From positions 50,377,569-50,397,568 of the forward strand of contig NC_057728.1 in assembly GCF_004010195.1 (NCBI RefSeq): 20,000 nucleotides of DNA. Reading direction: 5' to 3'. Made by a program: the position numbers and the translations under genes. This DNA is from Chiloscyllium plagiosum. Lineage: Eukaryota. The notes beneath the pieces are model-generated. The model was given only the letters and a program-made list of their open reading frames with translations. It was not told the DNA's origin and ran no database searches. This document shows, one piece after another, positions 9,265 through 19,439 of this stretch; positions within the stretch are counted from its first letter, which is position 1, and every line of letters begins with the position of its first letter.

Positions 9265-9443
9265 CATTATTTTTATTCCTTCATAGGATATGGTAATGTA
9301 AGCCATGCCAGCATTATTTATTCATCTCTAATTGCTGAGTTTCAGGATTTTATCCCAATGATACTGAAGGAACAGTGATATATTACCAAGTCAGGATGAT
9401 GAGTGACATGGAGGAGAACTTGCACATAATGACATTCTCATAC
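9265..9443 (-). mobile_element. Family B LINE 3' end, part 1 (continues 10313-10460)
   Basis: Reverse-strand tail TTTATTCCTTCATAGGATATGG..GCCAGCATT..CTAATTGC, then CAAGTCAGGATGATGAGTGACATGGAGGAGAACTTGC. Homologous to 17690-17875. Confidence 0.75.
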
Positions 9444-9474
9444 TGAAATGAAGATCAAATAGAATAAACCAAAT

Positions 9475-10312
9475 TAGAAATATAGAAAATAGGTGCAGGA
9501 ATAGGCCATTCTGCCCTTTACGCCTGTTCTACTATTCAATATGATAATAGCCGATCACCCAACTCAATACCCTGCTCCCATATTCTCCCTAAAAGCTTTG
9601 ATCATTTTAGTCCTAAGAATGATATTTAACTCCTTGAAAGCAGTCAATGTGTTGGCTTCAACTGCTTTCTGTTGCAGAGAATTCCATTAGCTCACTACTC
9701 TCTGGGTGCAGAAATTTCTTCTCATCCCGGATGTAAAAGGCCTCCCTCTGGTTCTGGACTCTCCAATCATTGATAGCATCCTTCCTGTTTTTCCTCTGTC
9801 TAGTCTTGTTAGAACTTTACATGTTTCCATGATATGACCCTAATTCTTCAAAACCCCAATGAATGTAGCCTAACCAATCCAATCTGTCTTTGTACATAAG
9901 TCAGTCTGGTAACCTTCATCACATTCCCTCCCCAGCCAGAACACCTTTCCTCAGAGAAGGAGACCAAAACTGCACATAACATCCCAGATGTGGTCTCACC
10001 AAGGCCCTGTAGAATTACAGCAAGCCATCCTTGTTCCTGTATTCCTGTTGAGAAAGTCAAAATATCAGTTTCATTCTTCACTACTTGCTGTACCTACATA
10101 CTCACGTTCAGCAACTGGTGAACATGGACACCCAGGTTTAGTTGCATCTTTCCCTTTCCCAATCTATCACCATTCAGATAATAACCTTGCCTTCCTATTC
10201 TTGCTACCAAGTTGGATAGCCTCACATTTATCCACACTGTATGACATCATCTGTCATGCATTTGCCCACTCACTCAACTTGTCTAAATCACACTGAAGGA
10301 ACTCTGCATCCT
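9475..10312 (-). mobile_element. CR1 LINE 3' portion nested in the family B LINE
   Basis: TAGAAATATAGAAAATAGGTGCAGGAATAGGCCATTC tail in reverse. GACCAAAACTGCACATAACATCCCAGATGTGGTCTCACCAAGGC is the LVRPHLxxCVQFW-type motif in reverse. Confidence 0.9.
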
Positions 10313-10460
10313 CTGCTGTCCTTATCCTTCAAGACGAAATAGAAATAGAGGTTGTGGGTTTGAAAGGTGCTGTTGAAGGAGTCTGACAAATCTCTGCAGT
10401 GCATCTTGTAGATGGCATACACTGCTGCTACTGAGCGATGTGGACAGTGAGAGTAGTGTT
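10313..10460 (-). mobile_element. Family B LINE, part 2
   Basis: GGTTTGAAAGGTGCTGTTGAAGGAG..CTGCAGTGCATCTTGTAGATGGCATACACTGCTGC, collinear with part 1 and with 17750-17870. Confidence 0.75.
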
Positions 10461-10659
10461 GTAAGATGAATCCTCACCACAATACATTATTATGTAAGAT
10501 TCATTTGGAAGATTCGCCTTTTAAAGCTGGGATCCTGAAGGTGTAGTTGTTTACACCACCCTAGTGTCTGGTCTGATGTGATAGACAAAAACCATTTCAT
10601 AGTCTAATGAAAAGGGGCTCTTGTCTTAAATGACATACAATTTACTGTATGACAGGAAC

Positions 10660-11172
10660 TAGGTACAAGTTATATTGGTATGATGATGGTAGGCCACAGC
10701 TGGAGTACTGCTTACAGTCACCTCACTATAGGAAGGATATGATTGTACTAGAGGGGGTGCAGAGGAGATTCACTAGGATGTTGCCTGGGATTAAATAGTT
10801 TAGCTATGAAGAGAGGCTGGATAAGCTCAAGTTGTTTTATTTAGAATGGTGAAGGCTGAGAGAGATATCTGACAGAGGTGTATAAGATTATGCAGCTGTT
10901 CACCTTAATTGAACAAGGAAGCATAATTATTAGGTGAAGAGTAGGAGGTTTAGAGGTGATTTGAGGAAAACATTTTTAACCTCAAGGTATGGTGGGAATC
11001 TGAAACACACAGCCTCGGAGTGTAGTTGATTTGCAAGACCTCACAACCTTTAAAAAGTACTTAGAAATGTCATGATATTCAAGGCTATGGTCCAAGTGTA
11101 GATTTAGAGTAGTTTTTGTTCATGCAGAATTGATGGGCCAAAGGGCCTCTTGTGTACGTATAATTCTTTGAT
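10660..11172 (+). mobile_element. CR1 LINE 3' fragment
   Basis: RPQLEYC, LEGVQRRFTRMLPG and SYEERLDKL motifs; tail GATGGGCCAAAGGGCCTCTT. Confidence 0.9.
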
Positions 11173-11399
11173 AGACATTGTCACCAAAACATTGAAGGTG
11201 ACCATTATGTTAGGTCATACTCCTTCATGGTCCAAAACTGTTCCCGTGCCCAGTTCCATGCATCACCATTATATTGGTCACTGGATTAATGCACTCTTCA
11301 GAATTAACCCTTTAAGACATCCCTACACAACAATAACTGAACCTGAATTTTAATAAAGATTTTAACATACATAATATACTCATTGAAAGTATAGTTCCT

Positions 11400-13298
11400 T
11401 CAATAGGCTAACTTCAAAGAGTAAGTTGTTTGGGTGTAATGAAAGTATATTCCCCAAAGTGGGAAAGGTAGGACAAACAATCTAAATTTTCCTGGGTGAC
11501 AAAGGGGATAGAAACTAACATTAGAAAGAAAACGTATGTTTGTAATTGGCTTGGGCAGAAAAACAATTGCAAACCTAAAGAAATACCAACTGTGTAGAGG
11601 ATAAATGATAAAGAAAACAAGAGAATTAAAGAGGAATTATGAAAGAAGACTAGCAGCTAACAAAAAGAGGAATCCCAAAGTTTTCTATGGGCTTATACAA
11701 TGTAAAAAGTTAGTTAAGGGAGGAGTAGGGCTGATCAGAGACTGAAAAGAGGATTGACACAAGGAGGAGAGGGCTGAAGTGTTAAATGAATACTTTGTAT
11801 TTGTCTTTATGAAGGACAAAGATGCTGCCCAGGCTATGGTGACAGAGGAGGAAACATGGTCACTAGAAGGGTTCAAAGTTAATAAGGAAGAAGTTTTGAT
11901 AGACTATTGGTACTTAAAAGTTGGCAAGCCACAAGGACTAGATGAGATGTATCCAAGGACTTTGAAGCAAGTGTGTGTAGAAATTGTTGGGACACTGGCC
12001 ACAAACTTTCAGTCCTCCCTCAACTTAGGGAGATACAAGAAGACTGGATAATTGCAAACATTATGGCCTTGTTCAAGAAAGATTAATCCCAGCAATTACA
12101 GACCAGTCAGTTTAACTTTGGTGAAAGCTTCAAGAAAACAATCAGGATATAACTAGTAGTCCTAAGGAAAAGGGATGTTGACTGTGAAGAGTCAGTGTGG
12201 ATTCTAAAGGGAAAATCATGTTTCACTGAGTTGTTGGAATTTTTTTGAGGAGGTAACATAATGGCTTAATGAAAGTTACACTGTTAATGTGATATTCATG
12301 TATTGCCAGAAAGTGGCAGTTTCTCACAAGAGACTTATGAAGAAAGATATAGATCATGGTATAAAGTGACAGGAGCATCCTGATTACAATATTGGCTGAG
12401 TGATAAGAAACAGAAAGCAATGGTCAATGAATATTTTGGGCTGGAGGGAGATTTGTGTGCAGTTCCCCAGGAGTCAGTTTTAGGACCCTTGCTTTTACTG
12501 ATATATATTAATGATCTGGATCTTGATGTGCAGGCGACAATTTCAAAGTTTACAGATGCCATGAAACTTGAAAGAACTGTAAACTGTGAGGAAGGCAGAG
12601 TGCAACTCCAAAAAGATGTTCACAAGTTGATAGAGAGAACAGACATGTGCAGATGAAACTCAATGTGGTGAAAAAATGTCAAAAGACATCACAAAATAGG
12701 CGGTGCAATTCTAAAAGAGCTGCAGGAACCAGTATATCTGTGCACTATTTATTGAAGGTGACATGACAGGTGGAGAACAGTTAATAAAAGATGCAGTGTC
12801 CTCGAGTACAGTGATAGTGACATAGAGTACAAGAGCACTAGACGTGATATTGAACTCATATAATATGTTGTTTAGACCTCAATTGGAGCACAGTGTACTG
12901 TCCTGGGTGCCACGGTAAAGGATGTATTGGAGCAAGTACAGAAGGATTTACAAGAATGGTTCCAGGAATAAGAAGGTTCATTTATGACCATGGATTGAAG
13001 AAATTGGTACTGTTGTCCTTGGAGAGAAGAAGGCGAAAAAAAAGGTTGTAAGAAAAGTCTTTTTCGAACAATGAGTAGCTATAGCATGGAATGCACTGTC
13101 TGGAAATATGCTGGAGGTAAATTCAATTGTCGCATTCAAGAGGGTATTGGATCATTATTTGAATAGAAATAGTATGGGAGGGGATGGGGAGAAAGCAGGA
13201 AATTGGGCATTTCATAATGATGGTTGCTTGAAGAGCCAATGAAGACATGAGGAGCCGAACGACTGCCTTCTACACAAAACAATTCTGTAAGTCTTTGA
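11400..13298 (+). mobile_element. Long decayed CR1 ORF2 (~1.9 kb) with 3' UTR
   Basis: LNEYFVFVF, GLDEMYPRTLK, NYRPVSL, VPQESVLGPLLLLIYINDLD..ISKFTDAMKL, RPQLEH and WNAL motifs, with many stops and frameshifts. Confidence 0.92.
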
Positions 13299-13389
13299 TT
13301 TTTGGTGCTCTGTTGAACTACATCAATGTTTGGTTAAAAATAAGATGGAACATTTCACCCATATAAAGGTAGAAACACAGTATATGGGT

Positions 13390-13765
13390 CACGCACTGAG
13401 AATGAAAGGGCACAAATTTAAAGTCATTGATTAAAAAAAAATGAAAAAATGTATATTTCACAAATCCAATAATTTGGGTTTAGATTAACAGGAGTTAGAG
13501 TTTTATTTGAAAAGGAACAACTTGCAAGGTTACAGGAAGAAGATTAGAGCATGGCATTATGAGAAATGCCGATTCAGAGTTAAAAATCACACAATATCAG
13601 GTTATAGTCCAACAGGTTTATTTGGAAGTTCTGTGATTTTTAACTTTATCCACCTCAGTCCAACACCGGCACCTTCACATCATGGCTACCATTCAGAGTG
13701 ACAGTGCAGATTTGATAGGCTAACTAGCCTTTTCTGCCCTGTAGTACATGTCATTATCTGATAAC
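13390..13765 (+). mobile_element. Very old CR1 3' fragment interrupted at 13581-13690
   Basis: AAGGGCACAAATTTAAAGT (RGHKFKV-like) and tail GATAGGCTAACTAGCCTTTTCTGCCCTGTA. Confidence 0.6.
13581..13690. mobile_element. Short Penelope-like terminal fragment with partial inversion and 9-bp flanking duplication
   Basis: ATTCAGAGT at 13572-13580 and 13691-13699. AGTTAAAAATCAC is inverted with GTGATTTTTAACT. Same family as 19305-19368. Confidence 0.7.
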
Positions 13766-14127
13766 TTTCCCAGTCTCTCTTGGCTATGCACACGCAAAGC
13801 AGTCAGTTCGTCAAGTCACAGTCAAGCATTGTAGATTGCAATGTCAGGTCGACACGCTTGAATTTTGTAAAATATTTAAGAGGGTCAAGGTGAAATTTCA
13901 CACAGCTCTCATCTTCTTTGAAGCCTCATCCATGGTGAGTCAACTTTATTTGGACATTAAGTAAATCGGGTAACATTCACGATAAGGTAAATGATCATGC
14001 TGTGTTGAAAAATAAGCCTCATAGAGCGTTCTACTACATTTCCATTAGGGGAAGGAAACTTGAGCCATTGAAATTTCACAGTGAGGAGTCATTAGAATGA
14101 GACCAGGGTTGTAATGTTGCAAAGACA

Positions 14128-14362
14128 GTCTTCTTCACACAAAGAGCCATAAGGTTTTGGATTCTCTACTCAAGAGAGCTGTGGATACTAGGTCTTTGAT
14201 AATATTCAAGACTGAGATTAATAGATTTTTGTATACTCAGGAAATTAGGGCAGTTGGCGGTAGAGCAGAAGGTAAATTGAGCAAAAAGATCAGCCATAAT
14301 CTTACTGGATCGAAGAATAGGCTTGAAGAGTCAAATGGTCTCCTTCTGCTTCCATTTCTGTC
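14128..14362 (+). mobile_element. CR1 3' end
   Basis: FFTQRAIRFWDSLLKRAVDTRSLIIFKTEINRFL, followed by a CR1 3' UTR. Confidence 0.85.
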
Positions 14363-14813
14363 TTGCTTTGGAAAAATTGTGGCATTTACACTGAGATATA
14401 GAAGAGAACATAATGAAAAGTTTTGAAGGTCAGTCAAAGTCCTAGCTTACTCTCCCTATTGGCATTGTGGGTCCACCTACAGTAAATGGAGTCAAGAAGA
14501 TAGTTCACCACCACTTCTCAAGGGGATCGAGGGATGGGAAATAAATGCTGCCACAGCCAGCAATGCTCAAATTCCACATATGAATAAAAAAATAAAACTT
14601 GATGAAAACAGAAACATAATGCAGAAACTATTCCCATGCACTTATCAAGACAAACACAAGAATGCCAAATTTCAAACAATCTCAAATTTCACATTTTAAC
14701 ATTTGTCCTGATAAGTGCAAGATGAAAGGATTCAAAAACATGAGAAAACGGTGAACGGTCATTCTAATAGTTAGTAAATTGTTGACAGAGAGATATCAGG
14801 CTCAATTTCAACC
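14192..14813 (+). repeat. Local duplication, copy 1 (CR1 tail + family B tail + Penelope-like fragment + spacers)
   Basis: Collinear with 16883-17492, including the non-TE linkers. Confidence 0.9.
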
Positions 14814-14847
14814 AACACAAAAACTCACTTGCATAGAGTTAACATTA

Positions 14848-14950
14848 AGAGACGAATCGAGAGTGTGGTGCTGGAAAAGCACAGCAGGTCAGGCAGCATC
14901 CGAGGAGCAGGAGAGCTGACATTTCGGGCAAAAGCCCTTCACCAGGAATG
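14848..14950 (-). mobile_element. Penelope-like terminal fragment with hammerhead-like core (same family as 5352-5547)
   Basis: GTGCTGGAAAAGCACAGCAGGTCAGGCAGCATCCGAGGAGCAGG on +. Minus strand reads CTGGTGA-A-GGGC-TTTT-GCCC-GAAA-TGTC. Confidence 0.8.
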
Positions 14951-15155
14951 TATGTCAAGATATGTTAAATTTTAGTATTTCATGGAAGGTGCAATCTCCA
15001 TTATAATGTAGGAGTATGACAACACTTCACCAGTATGTCATTGACTGCAAACATTAGGGATTTCCTGAGGTCTATACAGTAATCAGTAATTTAATTGCAG
15101 AAAGGTTTTCAAATGCTGTACCTTTGTTAATAAACCTAATGTTGGTTTATAACAG

Positions 15156-15775
15156 GGAGATGGTGATGCAATGGTAATTACACCGTGCCAGTAGTCCTAG
15201 AGCCTTAGGCTCATGTTCTGAGGTCATTGTGGGTTCAAATCCCACCATATCAGCTGATGGAATGTTAATTCAGTTAATAAAATCTGGAATTTGGGATCTA
15301 ATCTCAGTAATGGTGACCACATGGCTATCGTCAATTGTTGTAGATAGACGCTTTTTCAATAATGTCATTTAGGTAAGGAAATGTGCCATCCTTACCTTGT
15401 CTGGCTAGAAGATCACAGCAAGCCAGGCAGCATTAGGAGGTGCGGAAATCAATGTTTCTGTAACCCTTCTGCAGGACCCTTCTTCTTCTCCTGAAGAAGG
15501 GTTACACCTGAAACACCAGCTTCTGCACCTCCTGATGCGGCCTGGCTTGCTGGCCTCTACCAGCTTCCTGCCTGTCTACTTTGGATTCCAGAATCTGCAG
15601 GTTTTTTTGTCTCTAATCCTTACATTGTCTGGCCTACACATGACTCCAGATCCATTACAACGTAACTGATCCTTAACTGCACTCTGAAATGGCTGAGTTG
15701 ACCACTAATTTCAATGGGCAATTAGGGATGAGGAACAAATGCTGCCCTTACCAGCCCTGCCCACATCCCATGAAG
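15156..15775 (+). mobile_element. tRNA-derived SINE with 3' tail shared with the family B LINE, interrupted at 15406-15615
   Basis: A-box-like TGATGCAATGG and B box GGTTCAAATCC. Tail GGGCAATTAGGGATGAGGAACAAATGCTG..CCCACATCCCATGAA matches the LINE tails at 14520-14590 and 17220-17285. Confidence 0.8.
15406..15615. mobile_element. Fold-back Penelope-like short element with hammerhead-like core and 18-bp TSD
   Basis: TSD ATCCTTAC(C/A)TTGTCTGGC at 15388-15405 and 15616-15633. Arms CAGCAAGCCAGGCAGCATTAGGAGGTGCGGAA / TTCTGCACCTCCTGATGCGGCCTGGCTTGCTG. Core CTGAAGA(15491-15497)-A-GGGT TAC ACCT-GAAA. Confidence 0.85.
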
Positions 15776-16570
15776 GAGAGGACAGGGGAAAATCAGATGA
15801 AAAAAAGTAGCATCAATCAAAAGGAACAAATGGTAAATAGTAACTACAATTAAAAAGTTTCATTTCAGGGTCAAATTAAGTCACTTGAATGTCTGCAAGA
15901 ACAACTTCATGTGATTGATCCTTCACAGCAATTATTCACAATTTTATTCACTATTGTACCATCTGATGAAACAGGGAACAATGTTATTGTGACAAAATAT
16001 CATCAGTGTTGCATCTCACACTCTTTACTTCTCTGTCTGGAATGTGTTAAACAATGTGTTGAATTTATTCTACTTAATTGCAACTGAGTGTTGTAAATGA
16101 TAATAGATAAAGCTGAAATCACAAAATTAGTCAAGCTTTGAATTACATTCATAAATGACACTGAAACCTTCTACTATGGCTCCAAACCCCCCAGGAAAAT
16201 ATATATCCTCACGGTTCTCTCAAACCATCCAAAATTCCATATCTAATCCTTTTAGAACTCATTATATTCCACACTTGAATTTAAAGTAAGGAGAACCATA
16301 CACGAACACGTTCCCGGGATGTAAGTTCTGACATAGAGGAGGCCTTATTATCCTAGCCAAAAGGACTGGTGAATACACTACTCATATTCTGCTGCCTGTG
16401 AGCAGTAATTCAAATGCAAATACCCTGAATCAAACAGTGTTTCATTTTTCAGAGTGCTGAATAGGTCGTGAAAGAAAGATAATGTGATCACTTACTTAAA
16501 TCACAGTGGTGTGACAACAACTTGCATTTATGTAGCATTTTTATCAGTCACTTGGTACTTCAGAACCTGA

Positions 16571-16863
16571 ATATTGTTGAAAAAAGAGCGATGTTGTCCA
16601 GCTTTTTCATTCTGCATTCATCAGGATAGATACAAGAGTGCCAAATTTTAAGTAATCACAGCATCCTAGCCTGGAGAACCATTAGTTCCTCATTGCTTTC
16701 TTTACGGCAATGCATTAGTGAAGTAGAGTAAATTTGCCGATCTGAGTCCTTTTCTCCATGATATAAATCGTTGAGACCATTTGAAATTTAGCATTTTTGC
16801 ATTTGTCTTGATGAGCGCAAAACGAACAGTTTTAACAACATGTTTTCTCCATTCAGCAACATT
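16571..16863. mobile_element. Inverted-repeat Penelope-like element (same family as 7929-8286), hammerhead-like core in each arm
   Basis: ~80 bp arms (16571-16652 / 16780-16863). Minus: CTGATGA-AT GCAGA AT-GAAA-AAGCT. Plus: TTGATGA-GCGCAAAAC-GAAC. Confidence 0.75.
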
Positions 16864-16882
16864 TTAATGCTTTAAATACAGA

Positions 16883-17492
16883 GTCTTTGATAATATTCAA
16901 GGCTGAGATCATTAAGATTTTTGTATATTCAATGAATTAGCGGATTGGAGATACAGCAGATGGTAAATTGATGGAAAAGATAGGTCATAATCTTATTGGA
17001 TCAAAGAATAGGCTTGAAGAGTCGAACGGTCTCCCGCTTCCATTTATCACTTTCTTTCGGAAAATTGTGACTTCTGCAATGAGAGATATAGAAGAGAATA
17101 AATGAAGTTGTTTGAAAGTCAGTCAAAATCCTGGTTTAACATCTCTATTGACATTGTCAGTTTACCTATAGCAAATAGGCTGCAGTGGTTCAAGAAAATA
17201 ATTCACTACCACTTTCCCAAGGGCAACTAGGGATGGGCAATAAATGCTGGTGCAGGCAGCAATGCTCAGATTCCATAACTGAATAAAATAATGAAATTTG
17301 CTGCAAGGAGAAACATATCGGGGAAGGTATTTCTCTCGTGTTTATCAAGTCAAATACAAAAATGCCAAGTTTCAAACAATCTCAAATTTCATATTTTTGG
17401 ATAAAAAGATTCAACAACATGAGAAATTGGTGAAAGATTGTTTTAATTGTTGCTAAATGGTTGACAGGGAGATATTAGGCTCAATTTTAACC
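16883..17492 (+). repeat. Local duplication, copy 2
   Basis: Collinear with 14192-14813 from GTCTTTGATAATATTCAAG to AGGCTCAATTT-AACC. Confidence 0.9.
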
Positions 17493-17519
17493 CGAGTTTC
17501 TTCATAGGAATTGAATACA

Positions 17520-17650
17520 GAGATATATAAAGAGTCATTAATCCTGATGGCCAAAGGTTTGGTCAGAGAAGCAGGTTATAAGTACTATCTTAAAGAGGGA
17601 GAGAAAGGTAGAGAAGCGGAAAGGTTTAGGAGGGAACATTAGGGTTATAG
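17520..17650 (-). mobile_element. L2-type LINE 3' fragment (a matching extreme tail may lie at 16513-16565)
   Basis: GGCCAAAGGTTTGGTCAGAGAAGCAGGTT..TCTTAAAGAGG..GGTTTAGGAGGGAA, plus CAACAACTTGCATTTATGTAGCATTTTT at ~16515. Confidence 0.55.
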
Positions 17651-17689
17651 CATGTCATAAATGGATAAAACCACATGAAGAGTTTCCAA

Positions 17690-17875
17690 TATGTTTTCAA
17701 GTCAGGATTGTATGTGGTTTGAAATTGAACTTCCAGGAAGTGGTATTCCCATGTATCTGATTCTCTTGTCCTTCTTGGTGATGGAGGTTGATGTGTTTGG
17801 AAAATGTTGCCTAAGAAGCCTGATGAGTTGCTGCAGTGCATCTTGTAGATAGAATACATTGCTGTCAGCATGAAT
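17690..17875 (-). mobile_element. Family B LINE fragment
   Basis: Homologous to the joined 9385-9443 + 10313-10430 sequence. Confidence 0.75.
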
Positions 17876-18053
17876 TGGTGGTTCACTCTTAAGTGCCCGC
17901 TGAAATAACCGAGTGAGACATTTGGTTCAAGGCAATTGCGGATGGACTCTTTAGGTAGTACAGCACTCCCTCAAACAGGGCAGCACTCCCTCAGTAATGA
18001 TTCACAGGTTTCATTAAAAATGTGCTGCCATTAATGTGGCAGACATATTTTCT

Positions 18054-18381
18054 ATGAATCATAGAATTCCTACAGTGTGGAAACAGGTCATTTGGCCCAA
18101 CAAGTCCACACTGACCCTCTGAAAAGTAACCCATCCAGATCCATTCCCCTACCCTATTACTCTATATTTACCCCTAACTAATGTACCTAACCTACACATC
18201 CCTGAACATTATGGACAATTTAACATAGCCAATTCACCTTACCTACACATCTTTGGATTGTGGGAGGAAACCCACATAACACAGGGAGAATGTGCAAACT
18301 CCACACAGTCACCTGAAACTGGAACCGAACCCAGGGTCCCTGGCACAGTGAGGCAGCAGTGCTAACCACTGTACCAGTGCC
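18054..18381 (-). mobile_element. HE1-type SINE
   Basis: Reverse complement of the 782-1102 element (CTACAGTGTGGAAACAGG..CATCTTTGGATTGTGGGAGGAAACC..GAGGCAGCAGTGCTAACCACTG), with an internal deletion. Confidence 0.92.
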
Positions 18382-18459
18382 AAGAAGGCATTCCAGCTTG
18401 TGTATTGTGTCTAATTCTGCAATCAATCCTGTAATAAAGATGTCAAGGTGTAATTGGGG

Positions 18460-18556
18460 AAAAAAATAGAAAACGTTGAAAAAGCTCAGCAGATCAGGTA
18501 GCATTTGTGGAGAAAAATCAGAGTTAATGCTTCGGGTCAAGTGACCATTCCTTGAA
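18460..18556 (-). mobile_element. Decayed Penelope-like terminal fragment
   Basis: GAAAAAGCTCAGCAGATCAGGTAGCATTTGTGGAG resembles the 5352/14848 arms. Minus strand keeps the stem II remnant GGTC ACTT GACC C GAAG. Confidence 0.6.
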
Positions 18557-18771
18557 TATTAAATGCTGACCATTTCAGTAATGTCCAAATGCCACAAATG
18601 AGTAAAAAGCATGATGGTGATATGGTACTGATTTATCATAACATCAACAGGGATGAGGGCCTTTGGTTACATGGAATGATGACAGTGTTCTACTCCTGTA
18701 TTTATTGGAGTTTATAAGAATGAATAGCAACTTCACTGAAACACACATAATTCTTATGGGAACTTCAAACA

Positions 18772-19112
18772 ATGGCACAGGTGGCTCAGCAGTTAGCACT
18801 GCTGCCTCACAGTACCAGGGACTCAGGTCCAACTCCAGCCCTGGGTGAATGTCTTTTGGAGTTTGTACATTCTCCCTGTGTCTGCATGGGTTTCTGTCCA
18901 GTGCTCCAGTTTCCTTCCACAATCCAAAGATGTGCAGGTGTAGGTGGATTGGCCATTTTAAATTGCCCATTGTTCCCAGGGATGAGTGGGTTAGCCATGG
19001 GAAATGTAGAGTTACAGGGTAGTGGGCCAAGTCTGGGTGAGATGCTCTTTGGAGGGTCAGTGCAGACATGATGGGCTGAATAGCCTCTTTCTGAACCATA
19101 GGCATTCCATAA
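18772..19112 (+). mobile_element. HE1-type SINE, older copy
   Basis: GTGGCTCAGCAGTTAGCACTGCTGCCTCACAG head, V-domain, tail GATGGGCTGAATAGCCTCTTTCTG; CpGs depleted. Confidence 0.92.
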
Positions 19113-19304
19113 CTTTATTGGTAGAGTGCAAAAATGGTGTTTCCCCTTGAAGGAGACTCCAGGTAGGACTAGACAGCAGCAAAGAAAATAAGATTAGGAA
19201 GAGGCTACTCAGCCCTTTAAGCCCTTCTCCCCATTCCCTTTGATCTCTTTATCAATGAAAAATCCTGATGATGATGATTTCAGAGAAATTTAAAAATCAA
19301 GAAA

Positions 19305-19368
19305 GGTAAAAATCGCAGAACACCAAGTTATAGTCCAAAATGTTTTTTTTGAAGTACAAGCTTTCAGA
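19305..19368. mobile_element. Penelope-like terminal fragment (family of 13581-13690)
   Basis: TAAAAATCGCAGAACACCAAGTTATAGTCCAA..GAAGTACAAGCTTTCAGAG. Confidence 0.6.
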
Positions 19369-19439
19369 GAAGTTAGGCCGGGTCTGCCCTGCTTCTTGCT
19401 TTTGCCTTTAACTTGATATTGCCTCCCCTGGCCACATTC

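Noticed and set aside
13932..13940. Isolated consensus donors ATG|GTGAGT (13935) and GAT|GTAAGT (16321)
   Set aside because: No convincing paired acceptor or reading frame; such matches are expected by chance in 20 kb.
17820..17826. CTGATGA as a further hammerhead core (also 2131, 15963, 19265)
   Set aside because: No stem II followed by GAAA in register. The 17820 motif lies within LINE sequence, and 19265 is a TGA microrepeat.
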